Below, piece after piece: positions 29,943-40,520 of a DNA stretch of 56,042 nt. The stretch lies in the IMG/VR virus record IMGVR_UViG_3300027732_001162; one strand, 5' to 3'. How positions within the stretch are numbered: the stretch's first letter is position 1; each line of letters starts with the position of its first letter. The position numbers and the translations under genes are program-made. Below the pieces are notes generated by a model. The model did not search any database and was not told where the DNA came from. It worked only from the letters and a program-made list of their open reading frames with translations. This DNA comes from an uncultured virus (IMG/VR IMGVR_UViG_3300027732_001162). Lineage: Duplodnaviria; Heunggongvirae; Uroviricota; Caudoviricetes.

Positions 29943-30614
29943 ATGCTAGCTCCAACTAATTATACAGTCGATACAGTTTTATTGCAAGAGGCGTGTAACC
30001 AATTGCCTATAACCGAAATGAGAACCACAGTCATTAACCAACCCACAGGCGATTTCTTTTATGATCCGTGGACATTGAAGGATGAATACAGGGGCACAGT
30101 TTGGGAAACTATTTACAATTCGTTGCCAGTAACTAAGGGACAAGCTAGGATAATAAATTTGGGATCCAATCAATGTTACCAAATTCATGCAGATATAGAC
30201 GATCGCTATCATTTGAACATACGCGGCGACAACAGCTATCTAATTGACCTAGTAAGAGAAACAATGCATCCAATGTTGCAAGATGGCATATGGTATGATA
30301 TGGATGCTGGATTTCTACACACTGCCGCTAACTTTGGACGTACTCCTAGAACACAGTTGGTAGTTAGAAAATTATTAAAAAATAACAAACTAAAAAATTC
30401 AGTAGATGTTGCCATTGGACAATTCACTTCCTTTAGTCCCGACCATGCCAGGTATGTGTTTGACAATACAATGAGTGCTTGGTTGAATGAAGCAAACAAA
30501 GCAGGATTCATAAACAATTTTACACAAGGTGATTTAACAATACAATTTAATATCGAGCAAGATAAACTAGATATCTTGAAATATATGTTGCCAGCGGAGT
30601 TTAGAATTATATGA
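29943..30614 (+). CDS. Asp/Asn beta-hydroxylase-like Fe/2OG oxygenase
   Basis: IHADIDDRYH...HTAANFG..PR. Confidence 0.7.
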   Translation: MLAPTNYTVDTVLLQEACNQLPITEMRTTVINQPTGDFFYDPWTLKDEYRGTVWETIYNSLPVTKGQARIINLGSNQCYQIHADIDDRYHLNIRGDNSYLIDLVRETMHPMLQDGIWYDMDAGFLHTAANFGRTPRTQLVVRKLLKNNKLKNSVDVAIGQFTSFSPDHARYVFDNTMSAWLNEANKAGFINNFTQGDLTIQFNIEQDKLDILKYMLPAEFRII

Positions 30615-31288
30615 ACATTGATAACTGGACATATTTGTATAAAATAGTAAACGGAGTTTCAACATGTACCACAAACCTAATGTACACTCCATTAATAAAT
30701 CCTGATCAAACTATTATGTGTATGTTATGGGATCACAACAGCCCTTACCAAGCAGACATAAAATTATCAAAAGAATTAATCGATTTCTTTTTTCAACGCG
30801 AAGTAGAATTCCTAACAAAAATGCAAGGGTATAGTTGGGCCCCAACGCTATTGGAAATAGAAGACAATAAAATTTTTATAGAATGGCATCAGGAAAGTCT
30901 AAATCATATTATATTTGGAGGTCGAAATCTAGACCAAGAATGTCCTACCTGGCAGGAACAAATTTATCAAATGCTATGTGATTTAAAAAATATCAATTGT
31001 TATAAAATGGCACTATATCCTCATTGTTTCTTCTTAGATAGGAACAACAATATAAAAACAATAGATTTCTATTCGTGTGCAAGCATGTATGATCCCTTTA
31101 TAAAACTAGAGAACATAAAAGAAATGATGGGCGGTGACTCTACAGAACGATTTAAACAAGCTACTACTCCTGATGGAAATCTCGATTCTAGAATATTTTT
31201 TAAAAATACTATGTTGCATCACCTAAATACAACATGGCCCAACAGTCCATTTGATAATTTTTATAGGAAGCTATATGAAAAATTGTAA
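30611..31288 (+). CDS. Kinase-fold protein with degenerate catalytic motifs
   Basis: FQREVEFL...APTLL...YKMALYPHCF...KTIDFY. Confidence 0.5.
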   Translation: MNIDNWTYLYKIVNGVSTCTTNLMYTPLINPDQTIMCMLWDHNSPYQADIKLSKELIDFFFQREVEFLTKMQGYSWAPTLLEIEDNKIFIEWHQESLNHIIFGGRNLDQECPTWQEQIYQMLCDLKNINCYKMALYPHCFFLDRNNNIKTIDFYSCASMYDPFIKLENIKEMMGGDSTERFKQATTPDGNLDSRIFFKNTMLHHLNTTWPNSPFDNFYRKLYEKL

Positions 31289-31844
31289 ATTGTTAGCACC
31301 GTACAACGATATAGATTGGAATTCATTAATTGAGTCCCTTGGAGCACCTGAACAAATACATCAACCGGGAACCACCGATTGGCCACAGTGGGAAGCCATG
31401 GAAGCTGACGGCAATGAAATGTCTGTCGTATTTAAAAACTGGAGAGATGCTAATTTCAATATGGGCGCCATTAACTGGTGCAATTATTATCCGGGCACTG
31501 GTTTTTCAGGAGAACTAACTAGTAAACTTGCAACTTATCTTGGACTCAACGGAGTACATAGATCATGGATTAGTAGACTGGACCCCGGCACTATGGCACC
31601 TTGGCACTTTGATGGTGAAGACAAGGTAGGAAAATGGCTCGAGAAAGGTACTCCGAGACGATTTGTTTGTACAATATCTAAGCCTACACATGGCCATATT
31701 TTTTACTTAGGAAAAGAAGAACAAGATTATTTTATTGCCAGCCCGCAAGGCACACTATTTGAATGGAATTATTTTAGAGAGTGGCACTCGGGCATCAATG
31801 CCGGACTAACTCCTAAATATCAGTTTCATCTTATTGGATATTAA
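31275..31844 (+). CDS. Cupin/Fe-2OG oxygenase-like protein
   Basis: PGTMAPWHFD...WHSGIN. Confidence 0.7.
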   Translation: MKNCKLLAPYNDIDWNSLIESLGAPEQIHQPGTTDWPQWEAMEADGNEMSVVFKNWRDANFNMGAINWCNYYPGTGFSGELTSKLATYLGLNGVHRSWISRLDPGTMAPWHFDGEDKVGKWLEKGTPRRFVCTISKPTHGHIFYLGKEEQDYFIASPQGTLFEWNYFREWHSGINAGLTPKYQFHLIGY

Positions 31845-32424
31845 AACTATATTTGAAAGTATCTATGTCACGTTGCGAAAATTTTGCAACAATCGATTTA
31901 GTTTTTTCTGTGTAGTAATTTTTATAGGATTCGTGTTTGGTAGCGTATAATAATGGCAACGGATCGAAACATCCATAATGATGTTGTATCCGTCTGAACT
32001 CCTCTGCTAAATTTTCAAATCTTAAAATTATATCTACTGGCCGATCCAGCCATTCTATTTGCTGTGTTTCAGGCCTAAACCAATATACATCTGGATTTTT
32101 ATAGTTTGCTAGATTATTAATCCATTCATCAAAGTTAGGAAAATTATCCTGCGAAATATTATTAAGTGCAAGCCAACTGCTACCTTCTGGTAGTGATATG
32201 TTTTTTAAATAATGATAAGCACTGACCATTCTATCCCACGGATTCCTTACAATAGCAAAAGAAGTGTTTCCCTGCGGTAATTCTGAATGTTTAGGATGGG
32301 TTTCCCATTCGACGATATTACTATCGCCTTTATTAGTACGCAACCAATCAAGTATACTAGTACCTGCTGTTTTGGGTATGTGGAGGAATGTTAAATTATG
32401 TTCGCCGGTTATGTAAGCAGACAT
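31831..32424 (-). CDS. Sulfotransferase family 2 protein
   Basis: FLHIPKTAGTSI, VRNPWDRMVSAY, RFENL. Confidence 0.88.
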   Translation of the reverse strand: MSAYITGEHNLTFLHIPKTAGTSILDWLRTNKGDSNIVEWETHPKHSELPQGNTSFAIVRNPWDRMVSAYHYLKNISLPEGSSWLALNNISQDNFPNFDEWINNLANYKNPDVYWFRPETQQIEWLDRPVDIILRFENLAEEFRRIQHHYGCFDPLPLLYATKHESYKNYYTEKTKSIVAKFSQRDIDTFKYSFNIQ

Positions 32425-32425
32425 G

Positions 32426-32953
32426 TTAATCGTGTGTTGTAATCTGTAAAGTATATCTAATCTCGTGGCCGATATTTACAACACCGTGATACATCATAGG
32501 GTCGTACCATTGGAATAAATCTCCGGCTTTATAATTAGATATGTATTGGTCATTCCAGGTAAAGACATGTCCCGGTTGCCAATCTTGCAAAAACATAGTA
32601 TAGCGTTTTGGATTAACGCATCCTAACAAATGCGGATCAAAATGCATGGGTTGCATTTGCCCTGGGAATAATTTAATAATCCACCACAGTTGCGCTCTGT
32701 CGTCCTCGGGAATGATAGGTATCTGAAGATCATAATGTTTCATATCTTTAGTCGACGGATTAAATTGTTGGAAGTCATGATTACGATGTGCGTATCCTGT
32801 ACGAGTTTTTTCCCTAGCTTCGTCTAACATAGGGTGTCCCTTCCACTTGTCAGGTTGCCATACTGGTACTGTGTCGCCATTGTGTGTATGTATAAACTCT
32901 AAAAACTCAGGAGTTATCCAACTTGCGTAATTTTTAATTAATTCCATTTTCAA
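32426..32953 (-). CDS. Cupin/Fe-2OG oxygenase-like protein
   Basis: PGQMQPMHFD...YHGVVNIG..IR. Confidence 0.7.
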   Translation of the reverse strand: MKMELIKNYASWITPEFLEFIHTHNGDTVPVWQPDKWKGHPMLDEAREKTRTGYAHRNHDFQQFNPSTKDMKHYDLQIPIIPEDDRAQLWWIIKLFPGQMQPMHFDPHLLGCVNPKRYTMFLQDWQPGHVFTWNDQYISNYKAGDLFQWYDPMMYHGVVNIGHEIRYTLQITTHD

Positions 32954-33488
32954 TTATATCCAAATCAGGATTCCATACATTTATGTTGAGTATAATCCTA
33001 GGAGTAAAACCGATATTAGTTGCACCGTGCCATTCGTTAGCATCATCAAATTGAAATAGGTCTCCTTTCTTCCAATTTAGCATAGCAGTGTCTTTCCATA
33101 TAAACACATGGCCTATATCAGAATCCTGTAACGGCATCCAATATTTCCTACAAGTGTAATTGGGAATATCGCTGTCTAAATGCATAGGCATAACATCCCC
33201 AGGTTTTAATTTAACAAATCTCCATTCGACGTCATCTTCGTCATCTGTAAATTTTAAATCGAATGGGGAAGTTGATTTGTTATACACGTGATACTTGACT
33301 TGGCTGAAATCATATCCTGCGGCCAATGCTCGTTCGCAAGCGTTCATGCCACATAATCTAATCATACCCTCAACACGACTTTTTTGATCATTGCCCCATG
33401 CTCTTGGTAATCCCCATCCATCGTTGGTTAATATGTGATCAATCCACTCTTGTTTGATCCAGTGTGCATAATTTCCTAGTAGTTTCAT
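32934..33488 (-). CDS. Cupin/Fe-2OG oxygenase-like protein
   Basis: PGDVMPMHLD...WHGATNIG..PR. Confidence 0.7.
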   Translation of the reverse strand: MKLLGNYAHWIKQEWIDHILTNDGWGLPRAWGNDQKSRVEGMIRLCGMNACERALAAGYDFSQVKYHVYNKSTSPFDLKFTDDEDDVEWRFVKLKPGDVMPMHLDSDIPNYTCRKYWMPLQDSDIGHVFIWKDTAMLNWKKGDLFQFDDANEWHGATNIGFTPRIILNINVWNPDLDIIENGIN

Positions 33489-34291
33489 TAGTAACTCTCC
33501 AAATGGTCGATACCTAAAGTTTTACGAAACTCGTCTGTAAACTTGCCGTCAACACGCAAGCTATAACTTTGTTCCATAATACGTTCTCCGCCGTGCCAGT
33601 CTTGATCATTCCACCAAGCCGCTCTAGTATTTAAGTATGTTTTGTCCTTTGTTTCCGGATCCCACAAATACATTGCTTTTTTAGTGTTGGGGCGTATGTG
33701 TATAAACTCGTTGCGGTGTGGTTTAACAACGTTGACACCATTCTCAGCATCTAAATCTCTATGTTCAAAAGGAATACCATCTGCTTCACAGTGAAAGAAT
33801 ATAACACGGCCGATATCTTGGAACACAGTGCCTACTAAACTCTCAACCCATTTAACTGTATGAGGAAAGTATTCTGCTTCAGGAGTAAGTGTACGTGGTG
33901 CTGTTCTATCGTCCCACGACCCTTCTTCCCACAGGTAATAATAAATGTAAGGATCGTAAGCATTCATAGCCATTTTTAGGAATCGTGTAAATTTATTGCG
34001 TTGTTGAAAGTTTTTAAAATCTGTTGGCATTAATTTTATGCCAGCTTGATATATAGGTTCATCTTTTGGCAGTTGCATGAACTCATCCATCGCCTGATAG
34101 ATAGGTTTCCAACTAAGTCGGTAACTCATATCATCAAAAGTAAAACCTGGTTTCATCCAAGTACCTTCTTTAGCATACTCACGTGCTAGTGCAAAACCTG
34201 TTAATATCTCAGGCTGTAGTTTATCAAACTGATCCATATCCAAATAAGGAGACATGTCCAAGTATGGAAGATTGTTGATACCTTTGATCAT
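33488..34291 (-). CDS. Fe/2OG oxygenase-like protein
   Basis: EHRD...WHGG...SLRVDG. Confidence 0.55.
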   Translation of the reverse strand: MIKGINNLPYLDMSPYLDMDQFDKLQPEILTGFALAREYAKEGTWMKPGFTFDDMSYRLSWKPIYQAMDEFMQLPKDEPIYQAGIKLMPTDFKNFQQRNKFTRFLKMAMNAYDPYIYYYLWEEGSWDDRTAPRTLTPEAEYFPHTVKWVESLVGTVFQDIGRVIFFHCEADGIPFEHRDLDAENGVNVVKPHRNEFIHIRPNTKKAMYLWDPETKDKTYLNTRAAWWNDQDWHGGERIMEQSYSLRVDGKFTDEFRKTLGIDHLESY

Positions 34292-35076
34292 TTCTTTTCC
34301 ATGGCATATTTTAATGTTAATACAAAAGGCAAACTTGTATCTAACTCCCACCATTTGGCATTGGGACGAACTGACCTAGGCTGGCCGTGATGATTGTTTT
34401 GTAACATTCCAGCAAACATTCCTAGGAACAAATAATGTAATAAAATATTGTTTGATGTTGTATCGTTGGTGTTAAAATTTCTATAGCTTGCCGGAACATT
34501 TTTAATATGCCCAACAAATCCTGCAAGCCCAGTCATGACGCTCAGCAAAACTCTACCTACAAATATTACATTAAGCAATACTAACGGAAAAACTATGGCT
34601 AAAATTAAAAACGTTCCAATAGAAATAGCAACTTGGTTATCACAGCACCAAGTAGTCCATGGGTCTCTCATTATTTCTTCATGCTTCTTCCATTGTTTTT
34701 TAGAATAGTCATCGTAGTCAGCAGGCTTTACATCCTTACGAGGCCACGGGCTAACGATAGTGGTGCTGTACCAATGGTAGCGCCAGTTCATAACGTCCTC
34801 AGGACCATTGTCGCTGTGTATATGATGCAAACTGTGTGACATCACAATCCATTTGACTGGCCCGTAACCCATGTCAGCACTTGCAAGAAAAGTCATAATC
34901 TTATATGTGATTGATTTGGTATCAATTTCAAACATGCCGTGACTGCAAATGCGATGGCAAAACACATCGTTAAGCACTGTTGTATAAACCAATGCCAACA
35001 CTAGCCAGTACCATTCGATATTGAATAGTGCTATCACTCCGCCAAGTAACATTATTGATGTAATAAAGGATCTCAT
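34288..35076 (-). CDS. Membrane fatty acid desaturase family protein
   Basis: His boxes HRICSH, HSLHH, QNNHH; WWELD. Confidence 0.85.
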   Translation of the reverse strand: MRSFITSIMLLGGVIALFNIEWYWLVLALVYTTVLNDVFCHRICSHGMFEIDTKSITYKIMTFLASADMGYGPVKWIVMSHSLHHIHSDNGPEDVMNWRYHWYSTTIVSPWPRKDVKPADYDDYSKKQWKKHEEIMRDPWTTWCCDNQVAISIGTFLILAIVFPLVLLNVIFVGRVLLSVMTGLAGFVGHIKNVPASYRNFNTNDTTSNNILLHYLFLGMFAGMLQNNHHGQPRSVRPNAKWWELDTSLPFVLTLKYAMEKK

Positions 35077-36140
35077 GCTGGTAACTTAAAGTCCTTAATG
35101 TTTGCTAGATCAACATAATATTTGATTTCTTCTTCGTATCTTTTAGCAGTTGGTTCGTGCAAATATGGTTGCCAAAATCCGTCCTGCAAATTACTGTAAT
35201 CATGTTGTACACGATAGCACAGTCTGTCTTTAATGTCGCCTAGTCTGCGGTGCAGTGTAATACTGTTGTCAAAAAGACAAAAATCGTTATTGCTTTTGTA
35301 CCAGTGATCGTATGTGTATTTTTCCACAAACAATTCTGAATTGATAACTTTAAAGATCTCATCGCTGGCTTCTTTACTAAGTCCTTTGATATTGTGTATT
35401 GTGTTGGTACTATAGTGTAGACCTTTAATACCGCCCGGACTAGTAATAACCATAGGTATTTCCATATCATCTTCGGGACACATGTTGGCATGCATTACTT
35501 CGTCTTGCTCCACACGCAATCCTGGATTAATACGTCCAGGAGTAAATCTATGTACTAGGATCATCTCATCCAACTCACTACGAAACGCATTACTCACGTT
35601 TTCATAGTAGTCCGGTGTAGTCAAAAATCCAGTGCTGGAACCAATCATATTCTCAGCTCCTAACAATGCTACGCCCGGTGTAAATGTTAATGTGCCGCTT
35701 TCGTTGCTGTGCCACAATAACTCACCTTCTGCAAACATGCCTAAAGCGTTACCGTTTTCGTCCTTCTTGCCAGTGACTCGCATAACGTGTTTTCCGTCAG
35801 CTGTAAGTTCTTGCATATTGAATATGCTTTTTAATCTAATACGATCAATCTCATCCACACTGGGATCATCTTGCATGGCTAACCTTGCTATCTGTGTAAA
35901 TGTTTTGCCTGGATATTTCTTAAGTATTAGGTATCTAACACCGTATCTAGTATCGCCAAACTGTGTGCAAAAATCAGTTTGCTTGTCCCAAGTTAATTTA
36001 CAGTCACGTATGATCGTGACTAAATTTTGTAAATGTAGTTTTCCAATCTCCATCCACTCCTCGTCGGTAATGGTGGTAAAATCTACATCATCGATAAAGA
36101 TTCCAAATCTTCCCAGTCCTGGTATTTTGCTAATTTTCAT
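35073..36140 (-). CDS. TauD/TfdA family dioxygenase
   Basis: LLWHSNE, STGF, FDNSITLHRR...R. Confidence 0.8.
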   Translation of the reverse strand: MKISKIPGLGRFGIFIDDVDFTTITDEEWMEIGKLHLQNLVTIIRDCKLTWDKQTDFCTQFGDTRYGVRYLILKKYPGKTFTQIARLAMQDDPSVDEIDRIRLKSIFNMQELTADGKHVMRVTGKKDENGNALGMFAEGELLWHSNESGTLTFTPGVALLGAENMIGSSTGFLTTPDYYENVSNAFRSELDEMILVHRFTPGRINPGLRVEQDEVMHANMCPEDDMEIPMVITSPGGIKGLHYSTNTIHNIKGLSKEASDEIFKVINSELFVEKYTYDHWYKSNNDFCLFDNSITLHRRLGDIKDRLCYRVQHDYSNLQDGFWQPYLHEPTAKRYEEEIKYYVDLANIKDFKLPA

Positions 36141-36141
36141 T

Positions 36142-37185
36142 TTATCTCCTATATCTTTCAGGTACAACATCGTATAACATCATACCGTTGTTGACACTTG
36201 CATCCCGTAACATAACTTGGTGTATTAAAGGACTAATTGGTTTGCCTGGCAATAAATCAGCCCAGGTTTCTGTTTGCATCTCATCCATATCAATAGTAGT
36301 AGCATCGGGCCACTGTATTAATTTAAGATATATGTTATTAATATATATCGGAAAATGTGCTCGAATCCCAGTGTCCTGATTTTCCCTGTATGTCCAGTTG
36401 CGTTTCAATGCTATATCTTTTGTAGCATCGACCAACTGACTGAGGTATACAGGCGGGCCTTCTGGATTACGCCCAATATCAACGCCAACTCGGATCCTGA
36501 ATTGCTTGCAAGTATCTGGATAAAATTTGTGTATTTCGTCCAAGCAGTATTCTAGTTGCTCTAAATCTTCTAGCGTGTAACTGATATTCTTAATGCTAAA
36601 TCCTAGCTTGACACAATTTTCTATTCCCTGAATCTGTTTAGCACGAACAGTATGCCCTTGATAATCCGGATGATTCAATCCTATAGTCCAATGCAAATCT
36701 TCAATGTCTTTAAACTTTTCTGCATACTCTATTTTAGACAAATTAACACCATTTGTCAACACAATAATACTTCTTGGCTTGCCGGGAATAGCTTTGATTG
36801 CTCGAATTAACTGATCCAAGTCTTTTCGTACAGTAGGTTCAGCTCCAGCTAACGATACACAATAGCCATCGTCTGGCCAGCTGGACACTTGTTGTACAAT
36901 ATAATCAATTGGTAAATCTACACTTTTGTTGTCTGGTAACTGATAACAGTGTGGACACGTTAAATTACAACGATTGGTGACTTCGATGAAATAAGACGTT
37001 AATGGGTGTTTTGGATAATTGTAATCTAGATAAAAGTCTGCATCTGGCTCTACCAAGTGTTCCAAGTATCCGTGTTTAGGGCAAGTCTTGCCTAGCCAAA
37101 TTGCCCCATCTTTTTCAAACTTAACAGCAGGCACGTGTCTATAACAATGCTCGCATAATGACATAGTATCAGTTATTTTCTGCAT
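36142..37185 (-). CDS. Radical SAM protein with N-terminal CxxC...CxxH domain
   Basis: SLCEHC...KTCPKHG, EVTNRCNLTCPHCY, AGAEP. Confidence 0.88.
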   Translation of the reverse strand: MQKITDTMSLCEHCYRHVPAVKFEKDGAIWLGKTCPKHGYLEHLVEPDADFYLDYNYPKHPLTSYFIEVTNRCNLTCPHCYQLPDNKSVDLPIDYIVQQVSSWPDDGYCVSLAGAEPTVRKDLDQLIRAIKAIPGKPRSIIVLTNGVNLSKIEYAEKFKDIEDLHWTIGLNHPDYQGHTVRAKQIQGIENCVKLGFSIKNISYTLEDLEQLEYCLDEIHKFYPDTCKQFRIRVGVDIGRNPEGPPVYLSQLVDATKDIALKRNWTYRENQDTGIRAHFPIYINNIYLKLIQWPDATTIDMDEMQTETWADLLPGKPISPLIHQVMLRDASVNNGMMLYDVVPERYRR

Positions 37186-37211
37186 AGGCAATATTTATGA
37201 TAAATTATAGC

Positions 37212-37898
37212 ATGGCACTAAATTATTACTTTAACCAAATTCCTGGCCAAGAACCTTGGCGTAATAATTTAATCTACACTAGTCTTATAAGCGATGATAA
37301 AAAAACATTCGTACAATGGTATCATAATGACAGCGAATATCATGCAGGCAAAAATCAAGTAGTCGATCCTGCTAAAATGGAAGAGAAGTGGTTAAGAGAA
37401 GTAAACTATATTACACAAATGCGTAATGTGTATCCTGATTTGGTTCCTACCATTATAAACATAGATCTAGCATCTCGCAAGTTATATTTAGAAATTGACG
37501 GCCCTGATTTTTGGCAACAAAGTTTAGATGGTAACTGCACATTTGACGAAGTACTTCCGGATTGGCAGGAACAAATGCTTAACATTATCAAAGCACATAG
37601 GAGTTTAGGATTGTGGAAGTACAGTATGCATCCTAGCAGTTATTTCATTGTGGGTGGCAAATTAAAAAGTATTAATTATTTCTTTACCTATCGAGACAAC
37701 GAAAACAACATAAGCATTAAAGATGTTGAAAGCCACATTTATTCAACTAGACAGGACGAATTAAAAAAACATATCACATCGTTGGGTATTGAATGGGATA
37801 AGCCACAGCCCTTTGAATTGTTAAATGAATTGTGCTGGCAAAGTTTTAGCAACATGTACCCAAGGGATTTTATAGAGAAGGCCAAATGTATAAAGTAA
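37212..37898 (+). CDS. Kinase-fold protein with degenerate catalytic motifs
   Basis: WLREVNY...WQEQM...WKYSMHPSSY...KSINYF; paralog of 30611. Confidence 0.5.
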   Translation: MALNYYFNQIPGQEPWRNNLIYTSLISDDKKTFVQWYHNDSEYHAGKNQVVDPAKMEEKWLREVNYITQMRNVYPDLVPTIINIDLASRKLYLEIDGPDFWQQSLDGNCTFDEVLPDWQEQMLNIIKAHRSLGLWKYSMHPSSYFIVGGKLKSINYFFTYRDNENNISIKDVESHIYSTRQDELKKHITSLGIEWDKPQPFELLNELCWQSFSNMYPRDFIEKAKCIK

Positions 37899-38434
37899 TT
37901 CCGTGGACACCTGAGTTAGAGTTAACTGAGTTTTACACAACTGCGGAAGCTAAGGGCTTTGTTAACAATGCTAGTCAAAAATCTATGATTGATTGTTTTG
38001 ATAACGAAAAAGAAAAATCAGCATGGATATTATACAAAGATGATAAAGCTATCGGTAGTGCGGCCGCACACAGTTTTCTCGAGATGGGAGTTAACAGCTA
38101 TAGGGTGTTGGCACGAACTTGTGTGTTAGAAGGTGCTAGAAGTAATGGTGGATTGATGACCCGCACGACTGCCATAGCGCAACATCAAAACTTAACAAGC
38201 CAGTTTTTATTACCAGTTTGTTTAGAGTGGACAAAAGGCGATGTTTATGCCACCAGCAATACAAGCAAAGTTGCTAGTCAACGGCTTGTGCATGAGCACT
38301 ATTTTCCCACATTAGAAAAATTAGGACTGATTAAATTCAAGTGTTTATTGGACTATAGAGGACATGCTCAAACAGTGTGGCAAATCTACCCTGAGAAGTT
38401 CTTACAAGATTTGGAAAGATACACAAGATGGTAA
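37886..38434 (+). CDS. GNAT-like acyltransferase
   Basis: WILYKDDKAIGSAAAH...YRVLARTCV pattern. Confidence 0.45.
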   Translation: MYKVIPWTPELELTEFYTTAEAKGFVNNASQKSMIDCFDNEKEKSAWILYKDDKAIGSAAAHSFLEMGVNSYRVLARTCVLEGARSNGGLMTRTTAIAQHQNLTSQFLLPVCLEWTKGDVYATSNTSKVASQRLVHEHYFPTLEKLGLIKFKCLLDYRGHAQTVWQIYPEKFLQDLERYTRW

Positions 38435-39849
38435 ACAAATTCTGCGTACAAAATAAAAATCCTATTGTGTGTTGTATTGTTGATAATACGGACAATTATT
38501 CTAGTGGTTGGGCCCGAGAGGTCGCTATCAATATTACAGATTTTCTTATACATCGATTCATTGCCAACGGATACGATGTATTCATAGATAAAGATGAAGA
38601 TGCGTTGTTAAAGGCTGCTGATGGATATCAACATGCAGTGCTCATTGCTAGTGGAATGAGTCTGGGACTAAATGATAATTTATTTCCAGCTATTGAAAAA
38701 CTGTGTGCAGAGGAGTTTTTCCTAGCAGGGCATATTTTAGATAGAAACGAAAATAGCCAATGGCGAAATGGCTATTATGAATTACATCATCAATTTTATA
38801 TTGTAAACTTATCTGACTATAAGTCTATAGGAAGCCCATTTGTAGGAGCTCCAGAATCAATCACGCATGAACAAACAGAACCATTAAGAAGCACAGAGTG
38901 TCTGTACGAAGACCACGAAGTAGCAAAATGGATAAAGCCCGGAAAGAATAAAAAACAATATGATATGAAATGCCACGGTTGGAACATCATATCAACTGCA
39001 CTAGAGCATGATAAAATTATAAGAGATCTGGGCGATCCTATAAGAAACAGTAAAAAATATTTGTATTATGAATATGATCATGTTTTTCTTACGATGATGG
39101 CCGGCATATATCACAATCAGTTCTTTTGTAATAATTTTTTTGCTAGTTGGAATAGTGACCAGTTTAACGAAGCAATTCCGTTCAAAGGCCCAGTTGAGCA
39201 GTACATCACCGTTGGCATAGGTGTATACTGGATCATGTACTTACATAGATTAGGTACTACTGATAGCACCAAAGTAATCTTTACTGATATAAATCATAAC
39301 ACATTACAGTTTATGCGAGCAATGGTCGAAGAATGGGACGGCATAGATTACCCGGCCTTTTATAAGAAACATTTGCCCATAATTCCTAATGGCATCTACC
39401 GAGACATCGATCAATACATAGAATATACAACCGTGGAATGGAATAATTTTTTAAGCAAGCATCCGGACTGGCCAGCGATATGGGATAAAATTAAGAAATT
39501 AAATTTTGACTATGTGTTAATTGATTATATGAGCTCATATGATCTCGATTGGATTCAGCCTGGCCTACGTACACTATTAAATTTAAGTGATGTGTTTACG
39601 CATAGTCCTTATATTGCCACCCAGAGTTTGAAATATAGAGTTAGGTGTGAAAATGCCCTAATTAATAAATTAAAAAATGTTGACCCTAATATCAATATCA
39701 TAATGACTAGTCGAAGTGCAGACGGGTATTATCCTATACCACAAACTTTTAATGGTCCTGTAAAATATTTTGATTTGACTGATATTAATCTACTAACAAA
39801 AACTCCGTGGCACGAGTTAGATTGGACTAGTCCACGGCTGTTAGGTTAA
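38428..39849 (+). CDS. Hypothetical two-domain protein
   Basis: 473 aa ORF overlapping upstream gene. Confidence 0.75.
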   Translation: MVNKFCVQNKNPIVCCIVDNTDNYSSGWAREVAINITDFLIHRFIANGYDVFIDKDEDALLKAADGYQHAVLIASGMSLGLNDNLFPAIEKLCAEEFFLAGHILDRNENSQWRNGYYELHHQFYIVNLSDYKSIGSPFVGAPESITHEQTEPLRSTECLYEDHEVAKWIKPGKNKKQYDMKCHGWNIISTALEHDKIIRDLGDPIRNSKKYLYYEYDHVFLTMMAGIYHNQFFCNNFFASWNSDQFNEAIPFKGPVEQYITVGIGVYWIMYLHRLGTTDSTKVIFTDINHNTLQFMRAMVEEWDGIDYPAFYKKHLPIIPNGIYRDIDQYIEYTTVEWNNFLSKHPDWPAIWDKIKKLNFDYVLIDYMSSYDLDWIQPGLRTLLNLSDVFTHSPYIATQSLKYRVRCENALINKLKNVDPNINIIMTSRSADGYYPIPQTFNGPVKYFDLTDINLLTKTPWHELDWTSPRLLG

Positions 39850-40481
39850 GTGGCAATTTCGTGTAGTATGTAATGAAAGGGTTCTGTAGCGGCCGCCTCC
39901 ATTAGTGCTTTCCATTCATTGGTAGAATCGTGCCTAGCAACAATTAAATGATATCTGTCTTCGGTACTGTTATTGTACACGCTATGTTCATAACTAATAT
40001 TCATAGCATACACACCACCGGGCTCCATAAACAATTCTTCACCGTCTCCCCATCGCCAAATACACTCCCTAGGATTGCTTAATGGAATGTTTATATTTTC
40101 AAGTATCCTGTGCTTAGTATCTGTATGCGGACCTATGTGGCCGCCTGCTTCTATGAGCATTAGACGCACCCGTCCAAAACGACTACATGGAAATTTGGTC
40201 TTAAGCCAGTTGGTAATAGTGGGGCAGTCTTCTGCGGCCTTGGTCCACACAAAATCTTTAGCCGCTTGTTCGGCATTTTCATAATCATAATCTTGCCAGC
40301 TTTCATGTTTATCTTCACCCAGACCATACAGTGCTAGGCTTTTCCAACCAGTATGATTTTCGCTACCCCTATGACTAGTAAACCTATGCTTTAGGGCCTG
40401 CGCTTCTTTAAGCATAGTTTCATGAGCTAACGGAATAGCAAGTTTTAAAAACTTAGCATCTGATACAAAATAATGTTTCAT
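39846..40481 (-). CDS. Asp/Asn beta-hydroxylase-like Fe/2OG oxygenase
   Basis: GRVRLM...IGPHTD...EHSVYN...RYHLI. Confidence 0.8.
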   Translation of the reverse strand: MKHYFVSDAKFLKLAIPLAHETMLKEAQALKHRFTSHRGSENHTGWKSLALYGLGEDKHESWQDYDYENAEQAAKDFVWTKAAEDCPTITNWLKTKFPCSRFGRVRLMLIEAGGHIGPHTDTKHRILENINIPLSNPRECIWRWGDGEELFMEPGGVYAMNISYEHSVYNNSTEDRYHLIVARHDSTNEWKALMEAAATEPFHYILHEIAT

Positions 40482-40520
40482 ACTTGTACTTATCGTCAAG
40501 TTTACTCGCTAAATATCTTC

